Assembly: GCA_965222225.1 (NCBI GenBank)
Contig: CBDCTK010000002.1
Coordinates: 3,264,001 to 3,328,000 of the forward strand
Direction of reading: 5' to 3'
From: Candidatus Poribacteria bacterium
GTDB taxonomy: Bacteria > Poribacteria > WGA-4E > JAJDTR01
Length of the DNA: 64,000 nt
The notes under the pieces were generated by a model. That model searched no databases. It saw nothing but the letters and a program-made list of their open reading frames with translations, and was not told the origin of the DNA. Shown here piece by piece: positions 20,112 through 30,848 of the stretch. The translations under genes were made by a program, and so were the position numbers. Positions within the stretch are counted from its first letter, which is position 1. Each line of letters starts with the position of its first letter.

Positions 20112-21194
20112 TTACCGCTCGCGATCGCCATCAACAAATTCTTGCAATTGTTGAAGTGCGAGACCATCTTCATCAATTGAAATTGGCGGGTGTTTGGTCA
20201 ACACTGCCGATGCGGAATGGAGAGGTCCCGAAACACCCCGGTCAAGCCCTACCTTCATGAATCGAGCCATGTCCGCTATCACGCCGCCAAAATTCGCGCT
20301 GTCTTCCACCTCAAGTTTCGCCTCGAAGTGCAGGGGCGCTCCGCCGTAATTGACGCCATCGACGTAGAAAATCGCAGTTTTGCGGTCACCCATCAACTCG
20401 ACGTAGGAAAATCCTGTGGAAATCTCGGTCTCCGGCGAAACCAACGACGCAAGCGCCTCCCGTTTTGTTTTGTGTTTCGACTGCCCACGATGAACGAGGT
20501 TGTAAAAATCTGTGTTGCCGGCGTAGTTTACCTGATACGTGCGTTCAACATGGATGCCTCTGGCTTTCAACAGTTGAAGGAGCGCTCGATGAATCGCCGT
20601 CCCACCAAGTTGACTCTTCACGTCGTCGCCTATGAGCGGGACGTTGTTTTCCACTGCCGCCTGCTGGTAAGCGGGATCGCAAACAATCAACTCCGGCATA
20701 CCGTTAATGAAACCTATCTGGGCTTCTTTTATGGCAGCGTCCGCGTAAAATCTCGCGGCTTCCGCCGATGCGGTTGGCAGGAAGTTTAACAACATTTCCG
20801 CACCGCTTTCTCGCAGGACTTTAACGACATCCACCGGCGGTCGATCTGCAACTTCCACAAATTCTGCTAACGCCGGGGTAACTCCATCCATCACGGGCCC
20901 CATCTGCACCGTCACCCCACAATCCGCCACTTCGATATCCGGATATCGGTAAGCGATATTGGCGCCTGAAAAAATGGCTTTCGACAAATCTAATCCGACC
21001 CGGCGCGCATCGACGTCAAAGGCTGCCACCGGGACAATATCGGTGACTTTGTACCCGCCGATGTCAACATTGATGAGCCCGGGCGCCTCTGCTCCGAACT
21101 TTCGATAATAAGTCAAACCTTGGATAAAAGCGCTGCTACAATTACCAACACCAACTATCGCAACCCGTATTGGATTGTCTGCTTCCCATGTCAT
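20112..21194 (-). CDS. ino1: myo-inositol-1-phosphate synthase
   Basis: VAIVGVGNCSS, IGDDVKSQLG, GNTDF, GDRK, LEVEDSAN, KHPP motifs. Confidence 0.9.
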   Translation of the reverse strand: MTWEADNPIRVAIVGVGNCSSAFIQGLTYYRKFGAEAPGLINVDIGGYKVTDIVPVAAFDVDARRVGLDLSKAIFSGANIAYRYPDIEVADCGVTVQMGPVMDGVTPALAEFVEVADRPPVDVVKVLRESGAEMLLNFLPTASAEAARFYADAAIKEAQIGFINGMPELIVCDPAYQQAAVENNVPLIGDDVKSQLGGTAIHRALLQLLKARGIHVERTYQVNYAGNTDFYNLVHRGQSKHKTKREALASLVSPETEISTGFSYVELMGDRKTAIFYVDGVNYGGAPLHFEAKLEVEDSANFGGVIADMARFMKVGLDRGVSGPLHSASAVLTKHPPISIDEDGLALQQLQEFVDGDRER

Positions 21195-21274
21195 AAATTT
21201 TCTCCTTAAGCGGTGTACACTCGCAAGATGCGCCTCTCAGTTACGGAGTGCGCCCCGTGATGTTCAAATACCTT

Positions 21275-23731
21275 CTAAATTCCCAATTGATTGCGTCTTA
21301 CAATCTCCTCTACGTTTTGGACAGTGCTGACTTTATGGTTTTTAAGCGGCAAAATTCGCTCGTGAATCGTATCAAGGATCCACTCCTTCTGTGGGAAAAA
21401 CGCCTCCTCTAATTCCGCGGGCGGCGTAATCCAGTTGCGAGCTCCGACCACAGCGACCGGCCCATCCAGATGATTGAACGCCAACTGACTGATATTCGAC
21501 GCCATCGTGTGCAGAAATGATCCCCGCTCACAGGCATCGGAAACGAGTACGACTTTGCCGGTTTTTTCCACCGACTCGACAATTTTCTCGTAGTTGAGCG
21601 GATTGATAAAGCGGGCATCAATCACTTCGGCGGTGATACCGTGTTTATCCTCTAGCTCCTCTGCCGCTTCCAATGCTCGGTAGAGGGCTGCCCCAACTGT
21701 AGCAATGGTCAAATCTCCGCCCTCACGCCGGAGCGCTGGCTCCCCCAATTCGACCTCATAGTATTCTGTCGGCACACCTCCTTCGACGAGTGTTTCCGGC
21801 TCGGGGTACAAACGTTGACTTTCAAAAAACACAACCGGGTCCGTGCCTCGCAGTGCCAAACTCAACATCCCCTTCGCGTCGTAGGCGGTTGCGGGAAACA
21901 TCACTTTCAAGCCCGGGATATGTGCCACGATGGAGGTCCAATCTTGCGAATGCTGCGCTCCGTATTTCGATCCGACAGATACACGCAACACCATCGGCAT
22001 CTGAAGGACGTTTGCGGACATGGATTGCCATTTTGCCATCTGGTTGAATATTTCGTCGCCGGCACGTCCCATAAAATCGCAATACATCAGCTCCGCCACC
22101 ACGCGGCCTCCGGAGAGCGCATACCCGACAGCAGTTCCGACAATCGCCGCCTCGGAAATCGGCGAGTTGAACAAGCGGTGATAAGGCAGGCACTCCGTCA
22201 ATCCGCGGTAAACGCTGAACGCGCCGCCCCAGTCACGGTTCTCCTCCCCGTAGGCAATCATCGTCGGATCTTCGTAGAAACGGTGCATCAAGGCTTCAAA
22301 GAGCGCCTCGGCATAGGTCAAGGTCTGAAGTTTGGGCAGCGGTTTTCCATCTTTTAGTCCAAAGCGGTGTTTCGTTTCCGTAGTCTTGAGACGGCTCTCG
22401 GACTTCAGAATGAGAACCTCGGGCTTATCTTCACTCAGCCGTTCCTCATACTGATCGGAGAACATCATCTCCCCAATGCTATCAACGTGAATGCTGACAC
22501 GCGGCGAGATTTCGAGGGAAGTCGCCGCCTCAAACACTTTCACCAATCTCTCCGTAACATCATCTCGAAAGGCGTCCAAGCGAGCGCTATCGGCATGGCG
22601 ATGTTCCTTAAGGTATCCCCCGTAATTTATCAATGCATCCTGTTGATACCACATGTCCATTTCGGATTTGTCGCGATAGGAGGACGCATCCGACGGTGAA
22701 TGTCCGGAGAATCGGTAGGTCACCGTATCCAGCAGAACGGGTCCCTGTCCCTCTTCCAAGACCTCCCGTTTGCGCTCTACTGCATCTGCCACCGCCAACG
22801 GATTATACCCGTCAATGCGTTCTGAGTGCATGGCATCCGGGTTAACTCCTGAACCGACCCGCGCCAGAATCCCAAAGCCCATCGTTTCACCCTTGGACTG
22901 CCCGCCCATACCGTAAAAGTTGTTCATGAAATTGAAGAGAATTGGCGGGTTGCCTCCCACCTCCTGATCCCAAAGCGTCCGATACTGATCCATCGCGGCA
23001 AAAGTGATGGCTTCCCACACGGGACCGCACCCCATGGAGGCGTCGCCGATATTGGCAATGACAATCCCGGGTTTACGATTAACGCGCTTGAACAGAGCGG
23101 CGCCTGTCGCGATATCCGCCGATCCGCCGACGATGGCATTGTTGGGCATAACGCCAAACGGCGGGAAAAAGGCGTGCATTGACCCGCCCATGCCCTTATT
23201 GAACCCGTTCTCCCTGCCCAAGATCTCGGCGAGCGTGCCGTACAGCGTATAGTTAATTGCCAAATCTTTCGCGTCGCCCCTCGTAAATCCATCCACTACG
23301 CGCAACGACGCACCGTCCATGTACGACTCCATGATACCCATCAAGTCGTTCTCGCTCAGTTTTTCAATCGCCGCGAAACTCTTCGCCAGTATCTCCCCGT
23401 GACTCCGATGAGAGCCGAATATATAATCCTCCGCCGAGAGGTAAAAACATTGACCAACCGCCGCCGCCTCCTGTCCTATGGACAAATGGGCGGGCCCCCG
23501 ATGATCGTACTCCATGCCGCTGTAGGCGCCCTCCTTCTTCACCCCATCCAGCATGCTCTCAAATTCACGAATGTAGACCATGTCCCGATAAATCCGCACC
23601 AAATTCCCGCTGCCATATTTCTTTGCCTCCTGCTCAGGAGTCGCGGCATAGGCGTTCACCGGTATCTCTTGGCTCTTAATCACCGATCTCTGGCGAACTT
23701 CTGACGGATCTATCGTAAGTGACTTCGGCAT
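21275..23731 (-). CDS. 2-oxoacid/acetoin dehydrogenase E1, alpha and beta subunits fused
   Basis: [22 protein letters not shown]-binding motif, YRFSGHS; beta part [25 protein letters not shown]. Confidence 0.9.
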   Translation of the reverse strand: MPKSLTIDPSEVRQRSVIKSQEIPVNAYAATPEQEAKKYGSGNLVRIYRDMVYIREFESMLDGVKKEGAYSGMEYDHRGPAHLSIGQEAAAVGQCFYLSAEDYIFGSHRSHGEILAKSFAAIEKLSENDLMGIMESYMDGASLRVVDGFTRGDAKDLAINYTLYGTLAEILGRENGFNKGMGGSMHAFFPPFGVMPNNAIVGGSADIATGAALFKRVNRKPGIVIANIGDASMGCGPVWEAITFAAMDQYRTLWDQEVGGNPPILFNFMNNFYGMGGQSKGETMGFGILARVGSGVNPDAMHSERIDGYNPLAVADAVERKREVLEEGQGPVLLDTVTYRFSGHSPSDASSYRDKSEMDMWYQQDALINYGGYLKEHRHADSARLDAFRDDVTERLVKVFEAATSLEISPRVSIHVDSIGEMMFSDQYEERLSEDKPEVLILKSESRLKTTETKHRFGLKDGKPLPKLQTLTYAEALFEALMHRFYEDPTMIAYGEENRDWGGAFSVYRGLTECLPYHRLFNSPISEAAIVGTAVGYALSGGRVVAELMYCDFMGRAGDEIFNQMAKWQSMSANVLQMPMVLRVSVGSKYGAQHSQDWTSIVAHIPGLKVMFPATAYDAKGMLSLALRGTDPVVFFESQRLYPEPETLVEGGVPTEYYEVELGEPALRREGGDLTIATVGAALYRALEAAEELEDKHGITAEVIDARFINPLNYEKIVESVEKTGKVVLVSDACERGSFLHTMASNISQLAFNHLDGPVAVVGARNWITPPAELEEAFFPQKEWILDTIHERILPLKNHKVSTVQNVEEIVRRNQLGI

Positions 23732-23783
23732 TCTCTTCTTAACTTTCCGGCTTCAATTCCTGATTCTGCAACGACCAAACCCT

Positions 23784-25061
23784 CTAGATTGCCAAGAACA
23801 AATCAATAGCAGCCAATCGTAGCGAGAGCGCGCCTATAAAGCGGGCAGCAGAGGCGCCATCAACTGCCTGATGGTCTATCGTTAATGACAACCCGATGTG
23901 CGAGAGGTGTTGTATCTCGCCGTCAACCTCCACCGGCTTCAGATTCACATTGCCCACACCGAGGATGCCCACCTGCGGTGGGTTTAATATCGGGGTGAAG
24001 TTCTCAATCCCCAAACTCCCTAGATTTGTCACTGTAAATGTGCCGCCGGTCAACTCATCGGGGGAGATGTTTCCTTCCAAACATGCAGCCGTCAATCGTG
24101 TCGTTTCTAGCGAAATCGCTTTCAGATTCAAAGTGTTAGCGTCCCGAATGACGGGCACCATCAGGCACCGAGGCGTATCCACGGCAAACCCTAGATGCAC
24201 ATCTTCGTATTGGGAGATTGTGTTCCTGCGGAGCAGGGCGTTCAACTCTGGATGGTCAGGCAAGGTGCGCGACACGGCGAAAAGGATGAAATCGTTAATT
24301 GTGACGTTCCGAAGATTGAATGCTTCGGCGCTACTCTTCAAACGCTGGCGATAGGATAATAAGGCGCGCGCATCTGCCGAGGCATTGAGCGTAAGCTGCG
24401 CGGTCGTTTGAATCGAATGCAGCATTCGCTCGGCGATAATCTTGCGCGTGCCTTGCAGTGGAACTGCTTGCGCTTCACCCGGAGGGGGCTCAAGCTGAAC
24501 CGGGGAACTTGACCTCGTTTGAACCGCTGCGGGTTTCGCAGCAGCCGTAGGCGCGGCTTGAACGTCTCTCTCAATTATGCGTCCTCCCGGACCTGTACCC
24601 CGGATGCCGGAGATATCCACCCCTAGCTCCTCTGCCAAACTCGCCGCCCGCGGTGATATGCGGCGTTTAAGCCGGTCGGGCTTAGAAGGATGCTCTTGGG
24701 GCGGCTCCAATGCCTCCGGTTGGGTGGGGACAGCCTGAACCGGTTCGTCGGAAGTAGTGGACGATTTGTCGTCGGACTGGAAGACCATCGCTACGGCGGG
24801 TTTTAGGCTGGAAACATCCTCGCCGGGTTCACCAATGGCGGCGATGTTAACCTGTACAGCGACCTCTTCTCCCTCGTCGAAAAACAGATCCAATAGAGTG
24901 CCGGACGCGGGGCTTTCCACTTCCAATGCGGATTTGTCGGTTTCCACCTCGCAGAGCGGTTCCCCTGCGGTAATTGAATCGCCCTTATGTTTCTTCCAAC
25001 CGACGATAATACAGGTTTCGACTGACTGCCCGAGTTTGGGCATTACGACCGCTGTTGCCAT
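23784..25061 (-). CDS. Dihydrolipoamide acyltransferase E2
   Basis: Lipoyl domain VETDKS; E3-binding domain ISPRAA..GTGPGGRIIERDV; catalytic TFTVTNLG and DHQAVDG. Confidence 0.9.
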   Translation of the reverse strand: MATAVVMPKLGQSVETCIIVGWKKHKGDSITAGEPLCEVETDKSALEVESPASGTLLDLFFDEGEEVAVQVNIAAIGEPGEDVSSLKPAVAMVFQSDDKSSTTSDEPVQAVPTQPEALEPPQEHPSKPDRLKRRISPRAASLAEELGVDISGIRGTGPGGRIIERDVQAAPTAAAKPAAVQTRSSSPVQLEPPPGEAQAVPLQGTRKIIAERMLHSIQTTAQLTLNASADARALLSYRQRLKSSAEAFNLRNVTINDFILFAVSRTLPDHPELNALLRRNTISQYEDVHLGFAVDTPRCLMVPVIRDANTLNLKAISLETTRLTAACLEGNISPDELTGGTFTVTNLGSLGIENFTPILNPPQVGILGVGNVNLKPVEVDGEIQHLSHIGLSLTIDHQAVDGASAARFIGALSLRLAAIDLFLAI

Positions 25062-25151
25062 AAGGTTTTTTTACTTCAGCGTGTTTGATGTGTTTTCATG
25101 AATGTTTGTAATGGTCAGGAAGGTGCGAAACACTCAAAGTTGCTTCCCGCA

Positions 25152-25224
25152 GGGAACTCTATCGATCAACTGAGCGGATAGCGATGGCGATAGAATATCC
25201 TGCTCCCTATTCGGTCACTTGATC
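25152..25224. repeat. GATCAA...TCCC elements in both orientations
   Basis: Reverse tail GGGAACTCTATC, forward full copy at 25164, then a reverse 5' partial ending CTTGATC. Confidence 0.75.
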
Positions 25225-25558
25225 GGTTTCGACGCTTATCGTCTTTACTGTCGCGACCCCAAACTCCCACGTTTTCCCTTTAAGATTTTAACATCTGTCC
25301 CTTACCTTTTGCCAATGAAAAGTCAGTCCCTGAAAACGCCTCGCTTGGCGCTTCATCTATACCCATTCCATTAACCGCAATTGAGGGTGAGTCGGCACGT
25401 CGAGAGGTTGACACAAGTGACGTTGTCCGTCAATTCATTGGCAAGGAGAGAGAGAGGGATGTTACTCTTTATGACTTTGCAACGCGGACTTATTGACAGT
25501 ACATAGAGACATTTGCATGAAGGAGTTTACGAGGCAATAGGAAGTCGCGATTCGGAGA

Positions 25559-25620
25559 GGAATTTTCTATGGGAGCTCTATGGGATTGCTATCGCGTTCG
25601 CTATCCACTCACTTGATCCC
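25559..25620 (-). repeat. GATCAA...TCCC element with two extra ATAG..TCC tails
   Basis: Minus strand: GGGATCAAGTGAGTGGATAGCGAACGCGATAGCAATCCC-ATAGAGCTCCC-ATAGAAAATTCC. Confidence 0.8.
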
Positions 25621-25671
25621 TCATTTTAATATCCCACAACGTCCCAACTTCCACGAAAAGGAAACTCAACC

Positions 25672-26703
25672 ATGACAACGACAACCAAAGTTGGTATTAT
25701 CGGCGCCGGTGGCATCGGGGCGGGAAAGCATCTGCCCGGACATCGGGGGGTCAAAGACGTGTCGATCATTGCCGTGTGCGACATTGACGAATCGAAAGCG
25801 AAAGAGTTCGCTAAGCAACACGAGATAGAGCACGTCTTTTCGGATTACAACGACCTCCTCGCCATGGACGAGATAGACGCGGTAAGCGTGTGTACCCCGA
25901 ACAATTTCCATGCGCCGCCAACGATTGCCGCGTTGGAGGCAGGCAAGCATGTCATTTGCGAGAAACCGATGGCGAGCAATGCGATTGATGGACAAGCCAT
26001 GGTTGATGCCTATCATGCGTCGGGAAAGATACTCCAGATCGGTCTGCAGAACCGATTCACGGTGGAATCGAGAACCTTGAGAAAACTCTGTGACGAGGGA
26101 TTCTTCGGGGACATTTACTATGCCCGCGCCATGTCGGTGCGCCGACGCGGCGTGCCCGGGACGCCGTCTTTCATCACGAAAGCTATCTCCGGCGGCGGTC
26201 CGCTCATCGACATCGGCGTGCATATTCTTGACGCGCTGCTGTGGATTCTCGGATGTCCCAAGCCGGTTGAGGCGTTCGGATTCACCGCGCAGAAATTCGG
26301 GAATCAGAAGGACGTAATCAATCCGTGGGGTAGTTGGGATCCTGCCCAATTCGAAGTCGAAGATTTCGCGATGGGGGTTGTTCACTTTGAAGGCGGACTA
26401 ACGGTCGCACTGGAGACCGCATGGGCGTCTCACATCGACAACATCGGCACAACATTCTTCATAGGCGATCGCGCCGGCGCGACGCACTCCCCGCTTCGCA
26501 TCTACACGGACAAGGACGGAAAGATGATCGACTATGAACCTGAACCCCTTACCAATTTGACCGGTGAGTTTGAATCTTTCCACAATGCGATTCGAGAGGG
26601 ATTGCCGTCGCCAGTGCCCCCGGAGGAAACGCTGATAATCACCAAGATTTTTGACGCCATGTACGAATCTGCTCGGATTGGCAGGTCGGTACCGGTTGAG
26701 TGA
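25672..26703 (+). CDS. Gfo/Idh/MocA oxidoreductase
   Basis: VGIIGAGGIG, CTPNNFH, HVICEKP, GGGPLIDIGVH motifs. Confidence 0.9.
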   Translation: MTTTTKVGIIGAGGIGAGKHLPGHRGVKDVSIIAVCDIDESKAKEFAKQHEIEHVFSDYNDLLAMDEIDAVSVCTPNNFHAPPTIAALEAGKHVICEKPMASNAIDGQAMVDAYHASGKILQIGLQNRFTVESRTLRKLCDEGFFGDIYYARAMSVRRRGVPGTPSFITKAISGGGPLIDIGVHILDALLWILGCPKPVEAFGFTAQKFGNQKDVINPWGSWDPAQFEVEDFAMGVVHFEGGLTVALETAWASHIDNIGTTFFIGDRAGATHSPLRIYTDKDGKMIDYEPEPLTNLTGEFESFHNAIREGLPSPVPPEETLIITKIFDAMYESARIGRSVPVE

Positions 26704-26748
26704 AAAGGCAGCGGTCAGTGGTTGGAGACTGTCTGAATCGCGGATTCA

Positions 26749-26820
26749 GGGATCTCTATGGGACTTCTATCGCGGTCACTATCCGTTTCCTTGATCCCTC
26801 GCTGTCCACTCGGTTGATTG
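26749..26820 (-). repeat. GATCAA...TCCC element (in duplicated unit 1)
   Basis: Almost identical to 28706-28776. Confidence 0.8.
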
Positions 26821-26888
26821 GATTAGACACGGGTAGTAGGGCAATTTACCTGTAATTCAATGGGCTTCAGCCGTCTGTTACCATTTCC

Positions 26889-27098
26889 TTACATTTTAGC
26901 CAGAGTCTTCCATGCTCGTTCGTACTTTTTCATGATTTTCTTTAGGGCGATCTCGGCATCAGGCTCCACTGGATGAGCCGTGTCCCGCGCCTGTTTATTC
27001 TGAAGATCGACAAGCAAGTCAACGACCAATTTGAGCTCTTCTGTGGACAGTTGTTTGATTAACGCAACGGCTTGTTGTTGTAGTTCTGCTTTTCCCAT
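26889..27098 (-). CDS. Small hypothetical protein (antitoxin-like, DUF2281-type)
   Basis: 69 aa helical ORF; paralogue at 28846-29055; family is a guess. Confidence 0.6.
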   Translation of the reverse strand: MGKAELQQQAVALIKQLSTEELKLVVDLLVDLQNKQARDTAHPVEPDAEIALKKIMKKYERAWKTLAKM

Positions 27099-27103
27099 GG
27101 CAA

Positions 27104-28654
27104 TTAGCTAGGTTGTAACATTGCGGCGATGTCTTCCGGTAGTTTCACGTCGTTTTTCTGCTCAAAGTCCGAAACGTCCTCGTATTCGTTTTGAAACGTC
27201 GCAACGATGTCCATCCCCTGTTCTTTCGCGACTATCAAGTCTGACTTCGCGTTTTCCCATTCTTCTAAGTGTAGGCGTGCTTCGCCGCGATTGTAATACG
27301 CTGCCGTAAGATCTGATTTCAGTTCTATCGCTTTGTTAAAGTCTTCAAGGGCACGATTATAATCGGCTTTGTGGTTGTAAGCATTACCGCGATTGTGATA
27401 TGCCCGTGCAAGTTCCGGTTTCAACGCTATCGCTTGCGTATAGTCCGCGATGGATAGGTTGAACTCTTCCTTTTCGAAATAAGCAATGCCTCGATTATAA
27501 TAAGCTGCGGCAAGATCCGGTTTCAGTACAATTGCTTTGTTGTAGTCCACGATTGCAAGATCGACCTCTCCCTTGTTGCGATAAGCGGCACCACGGTTGT
27601 TATAAGGTTCTGCATAATCCGGTTTGAGTCTAATCGCCCTGTTGCAGTCCGCGACGGCACGGTCATAATCGCCTTTGATGCGGTAAGCCCCGCCGCGATT
27701 ACTGTAGGCTTCGGCATAGTCCGGTTTGAACTCTATTGCCTTGTTAAAATCTTCAATGGCGCGGTCAATCTCACCCTTATCACTGTACACGAGACCGCGG
27801 TTATTATAGGCAATAGCAAAATCAGGCTTCAGTTCAATTGCCTTGTTGAGGTGCGTAATTGCTTTCTCATAACGCGCGTGATTTGTCTGTGTCTCCATGC
27901 TTTCAGTCTCCGTTTTGTTGAGGAATCCAATACGCTACTCCTCCAATAGTGTGCTGTCGTCGCGCGGCTCGATTGCACTCCTATAAAGTTCTAAGTATGC
28001 ATTCTGGTGAACACCCTGATTTCTAATGAATCCGTGGAGGTCGTTGTAAACGGTTTCGGTAGATATTCCGTGGTATTTCCTCAAATGGTTTAACATGGGT
28101 TGCTTTATGCTTTGTGGAATATCAATTGTGGTGAACTGTTCCGGTTCAAGAAATCCCTTGGGAGGTCGAACAAACGTACTCTTCTGAGCAATGACTCGAT
28201 TTCTCGGATTCCGAGGCGGGTTGATTGGATCTTCTATGTCCTCGGTTTTCGGCAACAGGACAGCCCTGCCATCTTTGTCACCGGCACCGTCGCACGCAAA
28301 GAAGAGGGCAATGTGATAGTCGGTCGTGAAATCAATCAGATTGGTTTGACCTCCATAGTGCTGGAGTTCGGTCAAGATCTCCATATCGTCCATTTCGTAT
28401 GTATAGCTTCTTGCCGCCTCTAACATTTGATCTTGGATAGCCTCTATGTCAAACGGTTCCTCCCCCATCTCTTTCTTGAATTGACGCCAAAGGTTTGAGG
28501 AGACTTTCCCGCAGTAGGGATCTTCTTGATAATGTTCAGGTTCCCCGCGATAGATGTAGTCGCCGCTGGTTTACTCTGCGGCAATCTCCTGAATCTTTTC
28601 AAAAACCGTATTAAGGTCGTTTGAGGATTCGGATTGGTTCTGTGTGGTCGTCAT
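27104..28654 (-). pseudogene. FRG-domain + TPR gene interrupted by two in-frame stops (the TPR part 27104-27898 may be translated alone)
   Basis: One frame from ATG 28654 with TAA at 28571-28573 and TAG at 27935-27937; YIYRGE, ELQHYGGQTNLIDFT, NRVIAQ, then about 6 TPRs; homologous end-to-end to 29065-30363. Confidence 0.8.
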
Positions 28655-28705
28655 TTGTCCTCTAGAATGGCAACCTTTTCCTTAATTGTCTGAATCGCGG
28701 ATTAA

Positions 28706-28776
28706 GGGATCTCTATGGGACTTCTATCGCGGTCACTATCCGTTTCCTTGATCCCTCGCTATCCACTCGGTTGATC
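28706..28776 (-). repeat. GATCAA...TCCC element (in duplicated unit 2)
   Basis: Copy of 26749-26820. Confidence 0.8.
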
Positions 28777-28845
28777 GGATTAAATACAAGTAGAAGGGCA
28801 TCTTATTCGGAATTTGTTCCTCTTTGTCCGCTCGTTACTGCTTCC

Positions 28846-29055
28846 TTACATTTTAGCCAGAGTTTTCCATGCTCCTTCATACTTTTTGAAGATTTCCTTT
28901 ATGGCGATTTCGGCATCAATATCCACCGGATGAGCCGTGTCCCGCGCCTCCCTGTCCTGAAGATCAATTAACAAGTCAACGACCATTTCCAGTTCTTCTG
29001 TGGACAGTTGTTCGATTAATGCAATGGCTTATTGTTGGAGTTCCGCTTTTCCCAT
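28846..29055 (-). pseudogene. Inactivated paralogue of 26889-27098
   Basis: Same 210-nt length; reads MGKAELQQ*AIALIEQLSTEELE..WKTLAKM with CAA>TAA at codon 9 (29029-29031). Confidence 0.85.
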
Positions 29056-29064
29056 GGTAATCCT

Positions 29065-30363
29065 CTAAGGCGTCAACATTGCGGCGATGTCTTCCGGCAG
29101 ATTCGATCCATTTCTCCCCGTGAATTCCCTAACATGTGGAAAAAACTTCTGAAATGAAGCAATGATATCATGGCCCTTGTTCTTGGCAGTTGTCAGGTCG
29201 ATTTTGGCTTCTTCCCATTTCTCGAAGTTTAACTGTACTATACCGCGAGTGAAATGGGCTCTAGCATCATCAGAATTGAGTTCTATCGCTTTGGTTAAGT
29301 CCTCGATTGTACGGCAATAATCGCCTTTCTTAAAGTAAGCAATTCCGCGATAGTGATAGGCATTGGCATAATCAGATTTTAGTTCTATCACTTCATTATA
29401 GTCTGCAATAGCAAGATCGCTCTCGCCACTACAGTAGTAAGCCCAACCGCGATAGAAATAGGCATCGGCATAATTCGGTTTCAGGAATATGGCTTTGCTA
29501 AAAGTCTCAATAGCGAGATTGTACTCGCGCAATTTTAAGTAACACCGACCTTGATCCACATAGGTTGTAGTGTCATACGGCGAATATTGTATCGCTGTAG
29601 TAAAATCCTTGATTGCGCTACGCAACTGATTTTCTCGTTCTTCAATAGTCTGACTTTTTTCCGCAGAGTTCTCTAAGGCACGCTCTGCAAAAACGAGGGG
29701 ATACATCGCATTCTCTGAAGAACGCAAATTTCTATGTCTGATAAATCCGTGAATGTCGTTGTAGATGCTCTGTGTAGATATGTCTTGGAATTTCTGCAGG
29801 TGGATTAGTATCCACTGTTTAAGGTTCCTTGGAACAGTAACAGTAACTATGTCTTGGGGATCAATGTAGCCCGTGGATGGTCTGACAAAAATACTTTTCT
29901 GAGCGATAACGCGGTTTTGCGGGTTCTGAGGTTCTTTTATACGGTATTTTTCGTTTATCTCTTTGGTTCTTTTCAGCAAGATAATTCTGCCATCCTTGTC
30001 ATGGGCCCCGTCGCATGCGAAGAAGAGGGCTATAAGGTAGTCAGTGGTAAAGTCCAATAGATTGGTTGGACTTCCGAAGTGTTGGAGTTCGGTTAAGATC
30101 TCAAATTCTTCTTTGGCATGTTCTCGAATGTGGTCTCTAGCCTCTAACAGAGTTCCTTTTTGCAAATCCTCTATATCAAATTGACTAGATTCAAATGCAT
30201 TCGGATAGCGGTTGTAGAGGCTTGAGGATACCTTATCATAATGTTCAGGCTCACCGCGGTAGATATAGTCACCTCTACCTGATTTTTTTACTATCTCTCG
30301 CGTTATTTTAGACAATTCGTTCAGGTAGTAACGTTGGAGATTGGATTGGTTTGATTTGTTCAA
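29065..30363 (-). CDS. FRG-domain + TPR protein (intact)
   Basis: YIYRGE, ELQHFGSPTNLLDFTTDYLIALFFAC, NPQNRVIAQKSIF, then TPRs; TTG start after a GGAG RBS. Confidence 0.85.
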   Translation of the reverse strand: MNKSNQSNLQRYYLNELSKITREIVKKSGRGDYIYRGEPEHYDKVSSSLYNRYPNAFESSQFDIEDLQKGTLLEARDHIREHAKEEFEILTELQHFGSPTNLLDFTTDYLIALFFACDGAHDKDGRIILLKRTKEINEKYRIKEPQNPQNRVIAQKSIFVRPSTGYIDPQDIVTVTVPRNLKQWILIHLQKFQDISTQSIYNDIHGFIRHRNLRSSENAMYPLVFAERALENSAEKSQTIEERENQLRSAIKDFTTAIQYSPYDTTTYVDQGRCYLKLREYNLAIETFSKAIFLKPNYADAYFYRGWAYYCSGESDLAIADYNEVIELKSDYANAYHYRGIAYFKKGDYCRTIEDLTKAIELNSDDARAHFTRGIVQLNFEKWEEAKIDLTTAKNKGHDIIASFQKFFPHVREFTGRNGSNLPEDIAAMLTP

Positions 30364-30598
30364 GATTTGTTCTCCACAGTGTCTTTTGACAACTGCCAGA
30401 TTCGCGGATTGCCGCAGCTTAAAGGGTGACACAGATAAAATACCCTCACAGCGTGGATTCGCCTATAATCCGTGTGAAGTGATTTTAATCTGGAGTTACA
30501 AGAGACGAAAAACGCTGATTACCCGAAACTTTGCACCCATACGTTCCAGCTTATTAGAAACAATTATGTGCAAATCCAGTGCTGTGAAACAAGCCTAA

Positions 30599-30807
30599 GA
30601 ACCTGTTTGAATAATCGGTTGCAAAGCCATTTTTGGTCATTTGTAGGAAGTTTTTTCATGTTTTCATTGTTGGCTGCTACATACCTGTCGCCCCGCTGGG
30701 GCTTAGGTGCACGGGGTTTTGGTGTTTCTATACACCTTCCGCCCCTCGGGGCTTTTAGAGGCTGGTACGCAGTGCGCACCCTACAAACTGTATTTTCAAT
30801 CAGGCTC
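30599..30807. mobile_element. MITE (IS5-like ends) carrying REP hairpins
   Basis: TIRs GAACCTGTTTGAA / TTCAATCAGGCTC with TAA on both sides; internal GCCCCnnnGGGGC hairpins and a GTAGGGTGCGCA REP; related copy at 44065-44270. Confidence 0.7.
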
Positions 30808-30848
30808 TAAACGTGGTACACCTTATAATTGATAATTGTGGTGTTCTG

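Noticed and set aside
25666-26385. Long antisense ORFs (also 33868-34716, 46100-46807, 16365-17006, 3806-4381)
   Set aside because: Shadow frames of well-supported genes on the opposite strand.
26749-28776. Library adapter or primer artefact as the source of the element
   Set aside because: The same composite copy is present in both halves of a diverged tandem duplication, and all copies noticed avoid coding regions; not fully excluded without reads.
27935-29031. Stop-codon recoding as an explanation of the in-frame stops
   Set aside because: Both TAA and TAG are involved, and all three stop codons terminate normal genes in the window.
30564-30810. Short ORFs over MITE/REP regions (also 44062-44308, 12939-13197, 54855-55175)
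   Set aside because: They are translations of repeat DNA with no RBS or homology signal.
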